Shown here piece by piece: positions 11,967-25,627 of a DNA stretch of 64,000 bases. Both the position numbers and the translations under genes were made by a program. The stretch spans positions 96,224,001-96,288,000 of the forward strand of contig NC_043001.1 in NCBI RefSeq assembly GCF_006345805.1, in the 5' to 3' direction. Each line of letters starts with the position of its first letter. Position 1 is the first letter of the stretch. The notes under the pieces were generated by a model. It had not been told where the DNA came from and ran no database searches. It worked only from the letters and a program-made list of their open reading frames with translations. This DNA is from Octopus sinensis (taxonomy: Eukaryota).

Positions 11967-13384
11967 TTCGTTTCAGCACAGGATCTCAGATCAAATCACT
12001 TGCTTTGCAAGTACATCTCCATAATATCATGATAATTGGTTAGAAAAAGACATATGGCAATAAAAGCGAAGCAAACGCTCACACGCACACATACGAAGGA
12101 AACCAGTGTGTTATACACATATTCAGTGTGACAACCCGACGAGGTTTATACAAACATACGCCGTGACTAAAGTGAGAGAGCAGATACAGGAATGAAAAAG
12201 GAAGAAACGACTCTTGCAGGGAAATCATTGAAAAGACCACATATGTGTGCTGAATTAATACATTGACAAACCAATCAATTGATTAATTAATTAATTAATT
12301 AATTAATTGCTTTGTCAAAGTATTTCACCATATTGATTAATTAATTATAAAACGGCAAAGAACAATAAATATCTGTATGTGTTATTGTGTGTGTATTTGT
12401 GTGTGTGATTGTATTTCTGTGTATAAGTGAGTGTGCATGTACGTGTGGTGACGGGGGGTGGAGCAATCGTGGTGTGTTGTTTTTATGTGAACGTGTGTGT
12501 GAGTGAGTTTGTGCGTGTGTATGTATGTCAGTGATTTAATTGGCAGAATGACCTCAAAATGCAATATTTGTTTCAATACATAGTTTCACGTCAAGAAATT
12601 ACCCCACATCCACAAGACAAAAACACCCCAAAAGACAAGACGCAAACGATCAAGGGCAAGTGTTTCTGTGCGTATACATATATATACACATACACGTATA
12701 CACACAGGTATATACATATATATATATATATACGTACATGCTCACATATATGTATACACACATACACATATGTATACACACACACACACACACAGACACA
12801 CACACACACATATATATATATATATCTATATATATATATATATATACATCATATGTATATGTACATACATATATACACACATATATTTACATATATATAA
12901 CTTCATATATATATATATATATATATACAAAAATACACCCAGATATATACAAACATATATATATATATATATATATGCACACATACCCATACACATATAT
13001 ACTTATATACGTATATATCTATACCTATAGAGTTACACTCACACACACACACCACACATACACACTTACACACACACGTACCTGCATATATATAGGAAAC
13101 GTCAGTTTCTTCAGTTCACTGCTTTCAAGAGCTCTTCTAACTTCATTTTTTTTTACCATATTCTTCAAATAAATAGCATCACACATTATGCTGATTCAGC
13201 AAAGGAAAAAGCAAGCTGTTAGTCGTTGATTTAAAAACACAGCATTGTGCTACAGAGGTAGCTCACTTCCTGAAAGTTGCCAGAACCTTCATTGTCTAAG
13301 TTCGAAGGCAGATGGAAGGTGGAGTGCAGATGAAAGGTGGAGCGCAGAAATATTAGTTCGTTCAAAGTACTATTTCCGAATATT

Positions 13385-13969
13385 CTGTTCTACACTAGGC
13401 ACAAGGCCCGAAATTTGTGAGGAGGGGACTAGTCAATCAGATCGACTCCAGTACACAACTAGTATTTAATCTATCGACCCCGAAAGGATGGAAGGCAAAG
13501 TCGACCTCGGCAGAATTTGAACTCAGAACGTAAAGACAGCGCCCGGCGTGCTAACGTTTCTTATTTCTTTACTGCCCACAAGGGGCTACATACAGAGTGG
13601 ACAAACAAGGACAGACACACGGATTAAGTCGATTATATCGACCCCAGTGCGTGACTGGTACTTATTTACTCGACCCCGAATGGATGAAAGGCAAAGTCGA
13701 CCTCGGCGGAATTTGATCTCTGAACATAGCACCAGACGAAATACCTATTTCTTTACTACCCACAAGGGGCTAAACACAGAGAGGACAAACAAGGACAGAC
13801 ACACGCATTAAGTCGATTATATCGATCCCAGTGCGTAAATGGTACTTATTTAATCGGCCCGAAAGGATGAAAGGCAAAGTCGACCTCAGCGGAATTTGAA
13901 CGTAGCGGCAGACGAAATACGGCTACGCATTTCGCCCGGCGTGCTAACGTTTCTGCCAGCTCGCCGCCT
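13385..13969 (-). mobile_element. SINE-D trimer with 17-bp TSD
   Basis: Full-head unit, headless unit, then a unit restarting inside the A box with the alternative tail; flanked by tact(a/g)tttccgaatatt at 13368-13384 and 13970-13986. Confidence 0.9.
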
Positions 13970-14149
13970 TACTGTTTCCGAATATTGAAAACATGTAAGA
14001 ATGAGTAAAGGCCGAAACAGAATTAATTCTACAGCTAAAGCAAACATAAATTTTTGTCTGGTTCTCAAAGCATCAAGTGCCGAAAACGAATTTTCTTATC
14101 TTCCATTTTAAAGAGTTACAGAATTAACACAGGTTATAGGAATATAAGC

Positions 14150-14680
14150 CTTCTTCCACGAAAAGATAGCTTAACCTGTGCTCTAAATGGAGGTGTAGTC
14201 AAATCCTATTTTATGGACTCAACTAAAAAAATTTCGAAAGGTAAGCTACTATAAATCGGCACAAACTTTCCGAACAACCCAATAGAAATAATCCAACGAT
14301 GCTTCACAAGGAAGGTCACCTCAGTGCAACACCTAAGCTAGTGGGAGGGATTAATGTATGAAAAGTTTAGTCTGAGGAGAGAAGGTGGGAAAGATATGCA
14401 GTAATATATACATAAGAATCTCTTGTGTGACACGTGCCACACTTCAGTATTGAGCGTTATATCAATAGCCAAATTTGATATCACCACATTGTCGCGGTGG
14501 TCCCACACTCCTCATCGAAAATCAGAACCACATATTGTAACTGGTACACAAAATGGTACACAGAATTTTAATATATTGCCAAAGAAACTGAGTAGCCTAC
14601 ATGGAGTGGATGGGAAAATATTCAAGGAGGGTGATACTCTCTGCGATTCTAGACGAACCAATATCATAATAAAGAATACA
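14150..14680 (+). mobile_element. Decayed CR1/L2-group LINE ORF2 3' relic
   Basis: IEIIQRCFTRKVTSVQHLS*WEGL and GTQNFNILPKKLSSLHGVDGKIFKE resemble the CR1-group C-terminal motifs IE.VQRRFT..I...L.YWERL and GP.LFN.LP..LR...FK..LD. Confidence 0.6.
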
Positions 14681-15380
14681 ACTGTAAGCAGTGGCATCAA
14701 AGTCTCTTATTCTTCAAAAGTTAAATTCTGATGTCGCAGTGACAATTCCATACGCGGTATTCCAACACAGCCCACGGCCCACGGGCTGAAACCTGTTACA
14801 GATATTAAAGAATGATTTGATCGGATACTTTAAAATGTGATTTTATAACCTGTGAAGCTGTCAGTACGTAAATATGTTAAAACTAGAGATAAGAAATAGA
14901 GAAAAGATTTATTCTTTCGCTACTGTTCATTGTCTCTAGAGGGCTTTTCATATGATATCTACGATTAAGTGGATTTGTCACTAAGGGATTTTAGAATGCT
15001 GCATATAAATACATTTATGATTTTACTTAATCTCTGTCACCTTTGTGTCTCGTGCTTCGATAAATTTATAATTTTTCTTACTATAAATACCAGGCGTTAT
15101 TTGTTTATCGTGTTTTCCAGGGAAAATAAGGTGAATACTTACTAATTCAAGATTTTCAGATAGTGTGACCGAAGCGCATTGTAGATAAGCACGTGGGTTA
15201 TATTCTGAGAATCGTATTGTATAGATTCATAAATAACATGATACATAAACATATAGAACCAGGTTCTCTTATACTAATGTACTTTTGCATGCGTATATAT
15301 GTGTGTGTATATATGTGTGTGCATGTGTGAGTGTGTTCATCATCTTCTTAATCTACGGAGAAATAGTGAAATTTGCCCTG

Positions 15381-15426
<46 letters not shown>

Positions 15427-15941
15427 AGCAAAACGCCGCTCGTCCAATGGATGTGTTGAAACATATCTGCTGAATAAAAAGCAATCAGTGTTTTCTTTTC
15501 ACTAGAAAATAATTAAGCATGCCATTATTTCAATAAAATTTTTGGTTTTGTTAAAGGACGTTAAGGAAAAAAAAACTTCTTGAGAAACCAAATAGTTTGA
15601 CGAAAATATCTCTTTTGCATCTTATTTTATTGGTCTCTTAGATATGCTACATTTTGTGGCATTATTTCAAGCCAGCCGGCTTTTTTGCGCAAACTGCACG
15701 TGCATTTTTCTCGCGTACGCGTAGTATCGATCGCAACAGCTGATGTACTTGTGTGTACAAATGCATGTTCCCATGGCTTTATCGATCGCATTCTCACCGG
15801 GAATCAATTTTTGTAATTTTTTCAAGACTTATACACGCCCTGATACCGTCGGTATCTACATATCAAATTTGAGTGCAAACGGATGGAGGATGCCCGAGAT
15901 CCTAGAAGACACACATACACACACAAACAGAACGGATCTTA

Positions 15942-16276
<335 letters not shown>

Positions 16277-16294
16277 GTCAAAAACCACTGTAAT

Positions 16295-17383
16295 GTCACT
16301 ATTATCACTTATATATATTGCGATAAATGCTCTCTGCGGGCGACATGACGTACAAAATCCACAACTTAGAAATAAAAGGTTAATTCTCTATTGCAATTCT
16401 CTACTGCAACAAGTTAGGAACATATTAAGGGTCCTATTCGTCTCTTCAGGTGAATATTCCTATTGACAGAAATTAATACAAGACCTTACCTTGGGGCTTA
16501 CATATAACTCGACCGGCAAGCATAATGTGTCGACCTCTATCTACACATTCAAATTCTGAATTTAAGCGTCATGCACAGCGTTTATGAGAAAAGACCGGTA
16601 AATTCGAGCCACGGCAAACCACCAGAAATGAGTGGGGAAAATTAAATAATTAAATATGGCTGTGTGGTAAGTAGCTTGCTTACCAACCATATGGTTCCGG
16701 GTTCATTCCCACTGCGCGGGACCTTGGGCAAGTGTCTTCTACTACAGCCTCGGGTCGACCAAAACCTTGTGAGTGGATTTGGTAGACGGAAACTGAAAGA
16801 AGCCCGTCGTATATATGTATATATATATGTGTGTGTATGTGTGTGTGTATGTGTTTGTGCGTCTGTGTTTGTCCCCCCCCCCCAACATCACTTGACAACC
16901 GATGCTGGTGAGTTTACGTCCCCGTAAATTAGCAGTTCGGTAAAAGAGACCGATAGAATCAGTATTAGGCTTACAAAGAATAAGTCCTAGGGTCGATTTG
17001 CTCGACTAAAGGCGGTGCTCCAGCATGGCTGCAGTCAAATGACTGAAACAAGTAAAAGAGTAAAAGAGTAAAAGAGTAATAATACATTACGGAGATATAT
17101 CATGAACAATTAATAATTATTTATTTAGAGTACCGCGTATGGAATCATCATTGCGTCTAAAGGATTTACCGGTTGACATGTAAGCCCCAAGTTAAGGTCT
17201 TGTATCAATTTCTATCTAAAAGAATATTTCCCTGAAGAGACGAATGGGATCCTTAATAGGTTCCTGATGTTGAAATTGCAATAGAAAATTAACCTTTTAT
17301 TTTTAAGTTGTGGATTTTATATGCCACATCGCTCGCAGACAGCATTTATTGTGTGGAGATATAATATGAGGGATAATAGTGAC
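16295..17383. mobile_element. Old fold-back/MITE-like element with ~220-bp inverted arms, interrupted by a SINE-B
   Basis: 16295-16516 aligns to the reverse complement of 17169-17383 at about 80% (gtcactattatc, aaaatccacaactta, ttcgtctcttcagg, atacaagacctta, ttggggcttaca). Confidence 0.75.
16657..17078 (+). mobile_element. SINE family B, full length
   Basis: Complete head, core, microsatellite slot and tail ending in (aaaagagt)3. Confidence 0.92.
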
Positions 17384-17664
17384 TATATATTAGTTTCTGA
17401 CTGCTATTTCTAAACATGTAAGGGTTTTTGAAACCCTCTTAGTTATAATTGTGACTTGTTCATATTAATAAACACTCTTTTATGTATTTTATGGCCATAT
17501 ATCAATGCCCATATTTGGCCATTGATATATTCATAAATAATTAATAATTTTTTGATATATCCTCCGTAATATGTTATTTCATTACTTTTTAATTACACAA
17601 ACATATACACACAAACAAACACACACACACACACATATATATATATACATATATACGAAGAAAA

Positions 17665-17710
<46 letters not shown>

Positions 17711-17777
17711 TGACAGACTGACAGACTGACAGACAGATAGATAGCTAGATAGGTAGATAGATAGGTAGATAGATAGG

Positions 17778-17845
<68 letters not shown>

Positions 17846-17852
17846 AAGATAA

Positions 17853-17925
<73 letters not shown>

Positions 17926-17935
17926 CAGATAGATG
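17665..17935. repeat. (GACA)n/(GATA)n microsatellite
   Basis: Tandem tetranucleotides. Confidence 0.95.
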
Positions 17936-18272
17936 CGCGAACACGTACCCATACACTCGCATACTAACGCGCGCGCAAACACATACATGCAGATACCCAC
18001 AGGAACACACTTCTCATAATTTGAGTTCTACCAACGTACAAATGAAAACAAATACCTCCCACACATTTCACAGGAAAAAATGCAATATTAACATAAAACC
18101 CACCTCACACTTATTGCAACCCATTTGCTTAAATGCAAAGATTAGTTAAATTATATTTAGAATTCAATCATAACCTATGCCCCAAGTTAAAACTATTTCA
18201 TCGCACTTTCCATCTTAAAAGTCACTCAATAGACAACGTCCGAAGGCAGTACATCTTTCTTTTTATTAATTA

Positions 18273-18663
18273 CTAGCAGTATCGCCCGGCGTTGTTCGGG
18301 TTTGTAAGGGAAATAACTATATAAGCATTTTTAGAGATGTAAAGTATAATAGCCATCACAATATGGCTAACCACAAAGGCGGGGGTGTTACTGTAGCTTT
18401 TTACGTTCTGAGATTTAATAATAAATTTTTAGAGAGTTACTTCCCTTATATATGCCAAAAATGCATTACAAAATGGGAACAATTGATGGTAATTTTTTTT
18501 TAATCGTAGACTCATCGTAGACGCGCGCTAATACCAGAAGGGTCGATATGAATCACGACTATAAGATACCGTTTGGTTAAACTGCACCGCAAAATGTGGG
18601 AGTAGTTCGGAATCTAAATCGTAGGAGACAGACAGCACACAACCTCTCTTTTATATATAAAGA
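18273..18663 (-). mobile_element. Non-autonomous Helitron, copy 1
   Basis: Minus strand A|TC...hairpin cccgaacaacgccggg-cgatactg-CTAG|T, no TSD; homologous to 48205-48711. Confidence 0.8.
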
Positions 18664-18666
18664 TGA

Positions 18667-18850
18667 ATTCTAGTGGATGTGCGTGGCTTAGTTGTTAGTG
18701 CTTTGCACTTATGATTGTAACATCGCGGTTTCGATACCTGGCTTGCTTGAGGCGCAATGTTCTTGAGCAAAGCATTTGATTTCAAGTTGCTCCAGTCCGT
18801 TCAGCTGACAAAGACGTCTTATCCTACGATGGACAGGATCTCCGAACAGG
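18667..18850 (+). mobile_element. SINE family C, diverged
   Basis: gtggatgtgcgtggcttagttgttag...ggtttcgatacc...ttcttgagcaaagcatttgatttc matches the C copies at 30333-30784. Confidence 0.7.
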
Positions 18851-19604
18851 TTAAGAATGTAATATAAGCACCACCGACTCTCGAAAACCGGATGGCTTTT
18901 ACAAGCCCACTCCTTGGAAGGGACCTTTGATACTTGTAGGCAGCTACCTGACAGAACCGTTAACGGCATCTTGTCTGTGTTTGCATTCGGAGTTCAAATA
19001 AGTCGAGGTGGACTTTGCCTGTTATCCTTTCGGGCTCAGCAAAATAAATACTAATTAAATGCTGGGATGTATGTGGTCGATTTTCCACTCCCCTCAAAAC
19101 CGTTGACCCTGCGCCTAACTTTGAAGCTTTACATTGCTGAATTTCAGTGGATACACGTGGCTAAGCGGTTAAAGTGTTGAACTCATAGTCGTAAAATAGT
19201 GGTTTCGATTTCTGGCCTTTTACCAAAGCTTAAAACCACTAATTATTGAATTTCAACTTTTTATACATTTATAAGACTTACCACAAAAGACATCATAAAT
19301 GCAATAATAATTTTTCAAGTATTCTGTAAAAATACTGCTACCATCATTTCTGCAGAAATTTTCTAGACTTTACACAATGGCACGAATAATTTCTGACAAG
19401 GTCATTTCACGGTGAGCTAAAAGGATCCAGGAACTGAGAAATGTATATGCAACGAGATTCAAGCATTTTGCTGGTAATTGCGTGTGGAGCAGAAACTCCG
19501 AGTAAAGAGGTCCAACACTTATATTTTAAGTAAATAATATTACTTCAGACTTCCAAAAAATATTGTGTAATCATTGTTGACTAATTGCATTTCAGACGAG
19601 ATAG

Positions 19605-19685
<81 letters not shown>

Positions 19686-19816
19686 GATAGACACACACAG
19701 GCACGCACACACACACACACACACACACACGCATGCACGCATGCACGTACAAACACACGCGCGCGTGTACTCATAGAAGCAGAGAGAAAGTGAGAACTGA
19801 CTGAGTTATATAGGTC

Positions 19817-19854
<38 letters not shown>

Positions 19855-20539
19855 TAGGTACATAGATAGATAGAGAGAGAGATAGAGATAGATACATAGA
19901 TAGACAGAGAGAGATATACAAAAATATATATATAAACATACCTACATAATATATATATTCTATATGTATATATCATAATATATACGTATATATATTTAAC
20001 AGGCGTATATGTGTATTGTGTATGCATATATATATATATTATATATATATATATATATACATATACACACACACACATACATACATATAAAGAAAGAGAA
20101 AGAGAAAATAGAGTGAACGAGACGTATATATAATACACCTTAACGAGTAGCCAAAACAGACTGAACGTTCAATGGAAGAAGACTATGGTAATGGGGCGTC
20201 AATGAATAATATTAGTTAATATAATTTACTGTAATAATAGAATGTTGCGGTTAGGGCAATCTGTCTTTATTTTTAGCAATATCAATACATTTACTCTCAT
20301 TTCATTAGCTTTTCTCACCTTTTTACTACATTTTCACATTGCCGCTATTTTATTGTTTCTCATAGCTTTCGTATATTTTGGTTTCCTGGCTTTCTCTTTC
20401 CTTTCGTTATTTTCTTCTTTTTTTTTTTTTTTTTTTCTTTTGATTCTTTATGTGCGGTTCATTATTTGGCATGGTACGCTGCAAAGCCCCTATCCATATA
20501 TCGATTCACGCATTACTCCTTCGTGTATATACACACACA

Positions 20540-20638
20540 CACACACAAATAAAATATAATATATATATATATATTATAATATATATATTATATGTAGTGT
20601 GCGTATGCGTATGTATATATGTATATATATTGTATATA

Positions 20639-20683
<45 letters not shown>

Positions 20684-21055
20684 ATACATATGTATATATA
20701 TATGTATATATATACGTATATATCTATATGTGCGTGTATACATATGTATATACATATATATATATATATGTATATACATACGTATACATATATATATAAG
20801 TATATACATATGTATACACGTATATATATGCATATATAGCATATACATATATATATATATTATACATATATATATATATACATATATATACATGTTATAT
20901 ATATGTATATATAACAAACATATATATATATATATACATATATATATGCATATATATGTATATGTATATATACATATATATATATGTACATATATATGCT
21001 TATGTATATATATTTATATATATATGTATGTATGTATATATATATATATGCACAC
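20540..21055. repeat. TA-rich compound microsatellite
   Basis: (TA)n interrupted by TG/CA units. Confidence 0.9.
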
Positions 21056-21347
21056 ATAAAATGCATGTATAAAATCTAATTTCTCCTCATCTCTCTCACT
21101 CTCTCTCTTTCTCTCTCTCTCCCTCTCTCTGTCTCCATCTCTCTGCATATATTTCTGTGTACATCTGAGTGTGCGTGTGTCAATTTGCAAATTACTCATC
21201 CGTAAACATGCATAATTGCATGACATGGTGAATCTGCATAACTACGTGCACGCGTACCCGAATGTGTGCGTGTGTGTGTGTGTGTGTACTGCTACTACAA
21301 CACAATTACTACTGATGCTACTACAAGTTTTAGCTCTTCCACCAATA

Positions 21348-21409
<62 letters not shown>

Positions 21410-21429
21410 TAAATGATAATAACAATTAT

Positions 21430-21861
21430 AGGCGCAGGAGTGGCTGTGTGGTAAGTAGCTTGCTAACCAACCACATGGTTCCGGGTTCAGTCCCACTGCG
21501 TGGCACCTTCGGCAAGGTGTCTTCTGCTTTAGCCCCGGGCCGACCAATGCCTTGTGAGTGGATTTGGTAGACAGAAACTGAAAAAGCCTGTCGTATAATG
21601 TATATAATATATATATATATAATATTATATATATATATGTGTGTATGTGTTTGTGTGTCTGTGTTTGTCCCCCTAGCATTGCTTGACAACCGATGCTGGT
21701 GTGTTTAACGTCCCCGTCACTTAGCGGTTCGGCAAAAGAGACCAAGAATAAGTACTGGGCTTACAAAGAATAAGTCCCGGGGTTGACTTGCTCGACTAAA
21801 AGGCGGTGCTCCAGCATGGCCGCAGTCAAATGACTGAAACAAGTAAAAGAGTAAAAGAGTA
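21430..21861 (+). mobile_element. SINE family B, full length, within (AAT)n tracts
   Basis: aggcgcaggagtggctgtgtgg through gactgaaacaagtaaaagagtaaaagagta. Confidence 0.92.
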
Positions 21862-21887
21862 TAACGATGATGATAATAGTAATAATA

Positions 21888-21968
<81 letters not shown>

Positions 21969-22379
21969 TAACAATAATAATAATAACAACAACAACAATA
22001 ATAATTATTATTATTTCTTTTACTCTATTATGTCTAGTACCCCTATTTGTGCTTCCGCTGCTACTGAAACTCCTCCCACTCCTGTCCTTCTTACGGTGTT
22101 TGTTTCAGCCTTTCTCCTTATGTACACGGCTTTGAGGTCATGAGCTGGAAGATTCTCTTACCACTTTTTTTTTTGTTCAAGTTGTTAAATACTGATTCTA
22201 GCAGACCATGCAATGTCATAAGCGCCTCATCAATACTCATTGAGAGAAGAAAAGAGGAGAGAGTACACAAACGACAACCAGAATTTCGAAACAAACAACA
22301 TTATCTGACCTACAATGAGAATGTGTGGCAACAAGAACCTATATCATTGACCTCTATACGTGAGTAATAGATATATATA

Positions 22380-22745
22380 TATATATATACCAGAGTAAGC
22401 ACATAAATGCCAAAGAAGGTGGGAAAAAGTAGTACTCGAATACCAGAGGTAGAGTAATATGTTTTATTAAAAAGCAGCAAAAATATCACAAAAATTGTTA
22501 CTCATTGTTTCACGTTCCCGTTCGCCGGATGGTTTTGTTTAGAATGGAACAAAAATAAGGTTATAAGCAAACATATACAATTAGTTTAATAGATACACAT
22601 TTGAAAATGGTTTTGTTTCATTGGTCCTTTCAACAAACGGTCTTTACTGTTCGACGAACGGGAACGTGAAACTGAGTAAAAAGCAGAGACACACGCTCTG
22701 GAGAATCCAGCACAGTGGACCAAAGAAGATATGAGCGAAACAGAT
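22380..22745. mobile_element. Inverted pair of PLE-type termini with hammerhead-like motifs
   Basis: acgggaacgtgaaac..gagta occurs on the minus strand (22491-22536) and the plus strand (22651-22678). Confidence 0.5.
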
Positions 22746-22746
22746 T

Positions 22747-22846
22747 NNNNNNNNNNNNNNNNNNNNNNNNNNNNNNNNNNNNNNNNNNNNNNNNNNNNNN
22801 NNNNNNNNNNNNNNNNNNNNNNNNNNNNNNNNNNNNNNNNNNNNNN
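22747..22846. other. Assembly gap (100 N)
   Basis: Run of exactly 100 N, a typical scaffolding placeholder. Confidence 1.
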
Positions 22847-23375
22847 TACACACCACACATATATACACACGCATACCACATTATACTCTGTTTTAAATAG
22901 ACTGAAAGGTAGCCTGTCCTTAACGTGGCTGTTTATTATACTAGAAGTAGCAGTTATTAAACATACAAAACACGTACTATTCTGGTCACCTAATATGCCG
23001 CAAAAAGGGAGAAAGTCATCTGTAGTGTATTACGTGGCGAGATTAGCTGATAGCACCTGAAAACAAAACGAGGAAAAAAAAAGAAACAACTGCGAGGTGA
23101 AGGGGGAGGGAATTTCCGAGTAGCAAGTTGGTTGGGAACCTGGAGCCCAACAAAATGTTCCCAATTGGGCCTTGCCCCTCCCAAGGCCCGCCCTGGTAAG
23201 TATATGTTTCTTTTGCGTGTGTCCATGTCTAAGCGCGTATCTTCTTTTCTGTCATCTATATGTGTGCGTATTGAAGGGGATAACACTCTTCAGGGTACTT
23301 ATAACAATAATCAGGGTTACGAATTTTGACACAAAGCCAGAAATTTCGAGAAAAGGGTCAGTTACATCGACCCCC

Positions 23376-24495
23376 GCGAGCTGGCAGAATCGTTAGCACG
23401 CCGGGCGAAATGCGTAGACGTATTTCGTCTGCCGTTACATTCTGAGCTCAAATTCCGCCGTGGTCAACTTTGCCTTTCATCCTTTCAAGGTCGATTAAAT
23501 AAGTACCAGTTACGCACTGGGTCGATATAATCGACTTAATCTGTGTTTAGCCCCTTGTGGGTAGTAAAGAAATAGGCATTTCATCTGACGTTACGTTCTG
23601 AGTTCAAATTTCGTCGAGGTCGACTTTGCTTTTCATCCTTTCGGGGTCGATTAAATAAGTACCAGTTACGCACTGGGGTCGATATAATCGACTTAATCCG
23701 TTTGTCTGTCCTTGTTTGTCCACTCTGTGTTTAGTCCCTTGTGGGTAGTAAAGAAATAGATATTTCGTCTACCATTACGTTCTGAGTTCACATTCCACCG
23801 AGGTCGACTTTGCTTTTCATCCTTTCGGAGTCGATTAAATAAGTACCACTTACGCACTCGGGTCAATATAATCCACTTAATCCGTTTGTCTGTCCTTGTT
23901 TGTCCACTCTGTGTTTAGCCCCTTGTGGGTAGTAAAGAAATAGGTATTCGTCTGACGCTACGTTCTGAGTTCAAAAATCCGCCGAGGTCGACTTTGCCTT
24001 TCATCATTTCGGGGTCGATTAAATAAGTACCAGTTACGCGCTGGAGTCGATATAATCGACTTAATCCGTTTGTCTGTCCTTGTTTGTCCTCTCTGTGTTT
24101 AGCCCCTTGTGGGTAGTAAAGAAATAGGTATTCGTCTGACGCTACGTTCTGAGTTCAAAAATCCGCCGAGGTCGACTTTGCCTTTCATCATTTCGGGGTC
24201 GATTAAATAAGTACCAGTTACGCGCTGGAGTCGATATAATCGACTTAATCCGTTTGTCTGTCCTTGTTTGTCCTCTCTGTGTTTAGCCCCTTGTGGGTAG
24301 TAAAGAAATAGGTATTTCGTCTACCGTTACGTTCTGAGTTCACATTCCACCGAGGTCGACTTTGCTTTTCATCCTTTCGGGGTCGATTAAATAAGTACCA
24401 CTTACGCACTGGAGTCGATATAATCGACTTAATCCGTTTGTCTGTCCTTGTTTATCCTCTCTGTGTGTAGCCCCTTGTGGGCAGTAAAAAAATAA
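23376..24495 (+). repeat. SINE-D hexamer tandem array (184-bp unit, single 5' head)
   Basis: Unit starts at 23376 (head), 23576, 23760, 23944, 24128 and 24312; lies antisense inside an older D copy (23324-23375 and 24503-24637). Confidence 0.95.
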
Positions 24496-24704
24496 GTAAC
24501 AATGATCAACCGGTACTTATTCTATCACAAGCAAAGTCGGCCGCAACGGCATTTGGACTCAGAACGTAATATCAGAAGCAATGCCGCTATACAGTTTTCT
24601 TTTTCCAGTGCCGTACCGATTCTGCCAACTCGCTCCTTGATATCAACAACAGTAATAAGTATTATTATTAATAATAAATATTATTAATCATATGATGATG
24701 ATGA

Positions 24705-24777
<73 letters not shown>

Positions 24778-24790
24778 CATTATTAATATT
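24705..24790. repeat. (ATT)n microsatellite
   Basis: Tandem ATT. Confidence 0.95.
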
Positions 24791-25302
24791 ATTATGTAAC
24801 TGTGAAATAGAACGTATGTGTGTATACACACACACACCACACACAAATATATTGCTGGGAGAAACAACAAAAACAATAACTTCTGCAGGTTAATCCTGCA
24901 TCGCATTCAGTTTTCCATTTCGACTGACATTAAAACGAAACTATATTGCAATATAATACGTGATGTGACGGTATATGTTTCCGATATATATATATAAAAG
25001 AAAGAAAAAAGAAAAAAATCGGATACAATTTTTGGCTCTTTTCATTACTTTTTCGTCTTGTCATCTATTTCTAAACTTATCTTTGTTTCTTTCTTTCAGA
25101 AACAAGAAACCAAAGATTATATATACATACATTTATGTATGTACGTACGTATGTAAGCATGTCTGTATGTATGTATGTATGCATGTATTTATGAATGTAC
25201 GTATGATTGTATGTATATAATAAGCATATAATAAGTACGTATGTAAGTATGTATTTAGTATATATATATGATATGTATATGATATATATTATATTATATA
25301 TA

Positions 25303-25335
<33 letters not shown>

Positions 25336-25627
25336 GATTTTTATATATGACTGTGTGTAAGATATAGATATATGACATTTTGATATATGTGTAGTGTGTA
25401 AAAATATACAAAATATATATTTACTTATAATTCTTAAATGTATAATTCATACGTATGCATATATATAATATATATATATATATATAATATATATATATTT
25501 ATGCATTTTTATATATGACTGTGTATTAAGATATAAGATATATGACATTTGATATATGTGAGTGTGTGTAAAAATATACAATATATATTTACTTATATAT
25601 TCTTAATGTATAATTCAGAGTATGCAT

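Noticed and set aside
23376-24495. CRISPR-like or retrozyme reading of the 184-bp array
   Set aside because: No unique spacers, eukaryotic SINE context, and no CUGANGA/GAAA hammerhead core found on either strand of the unit
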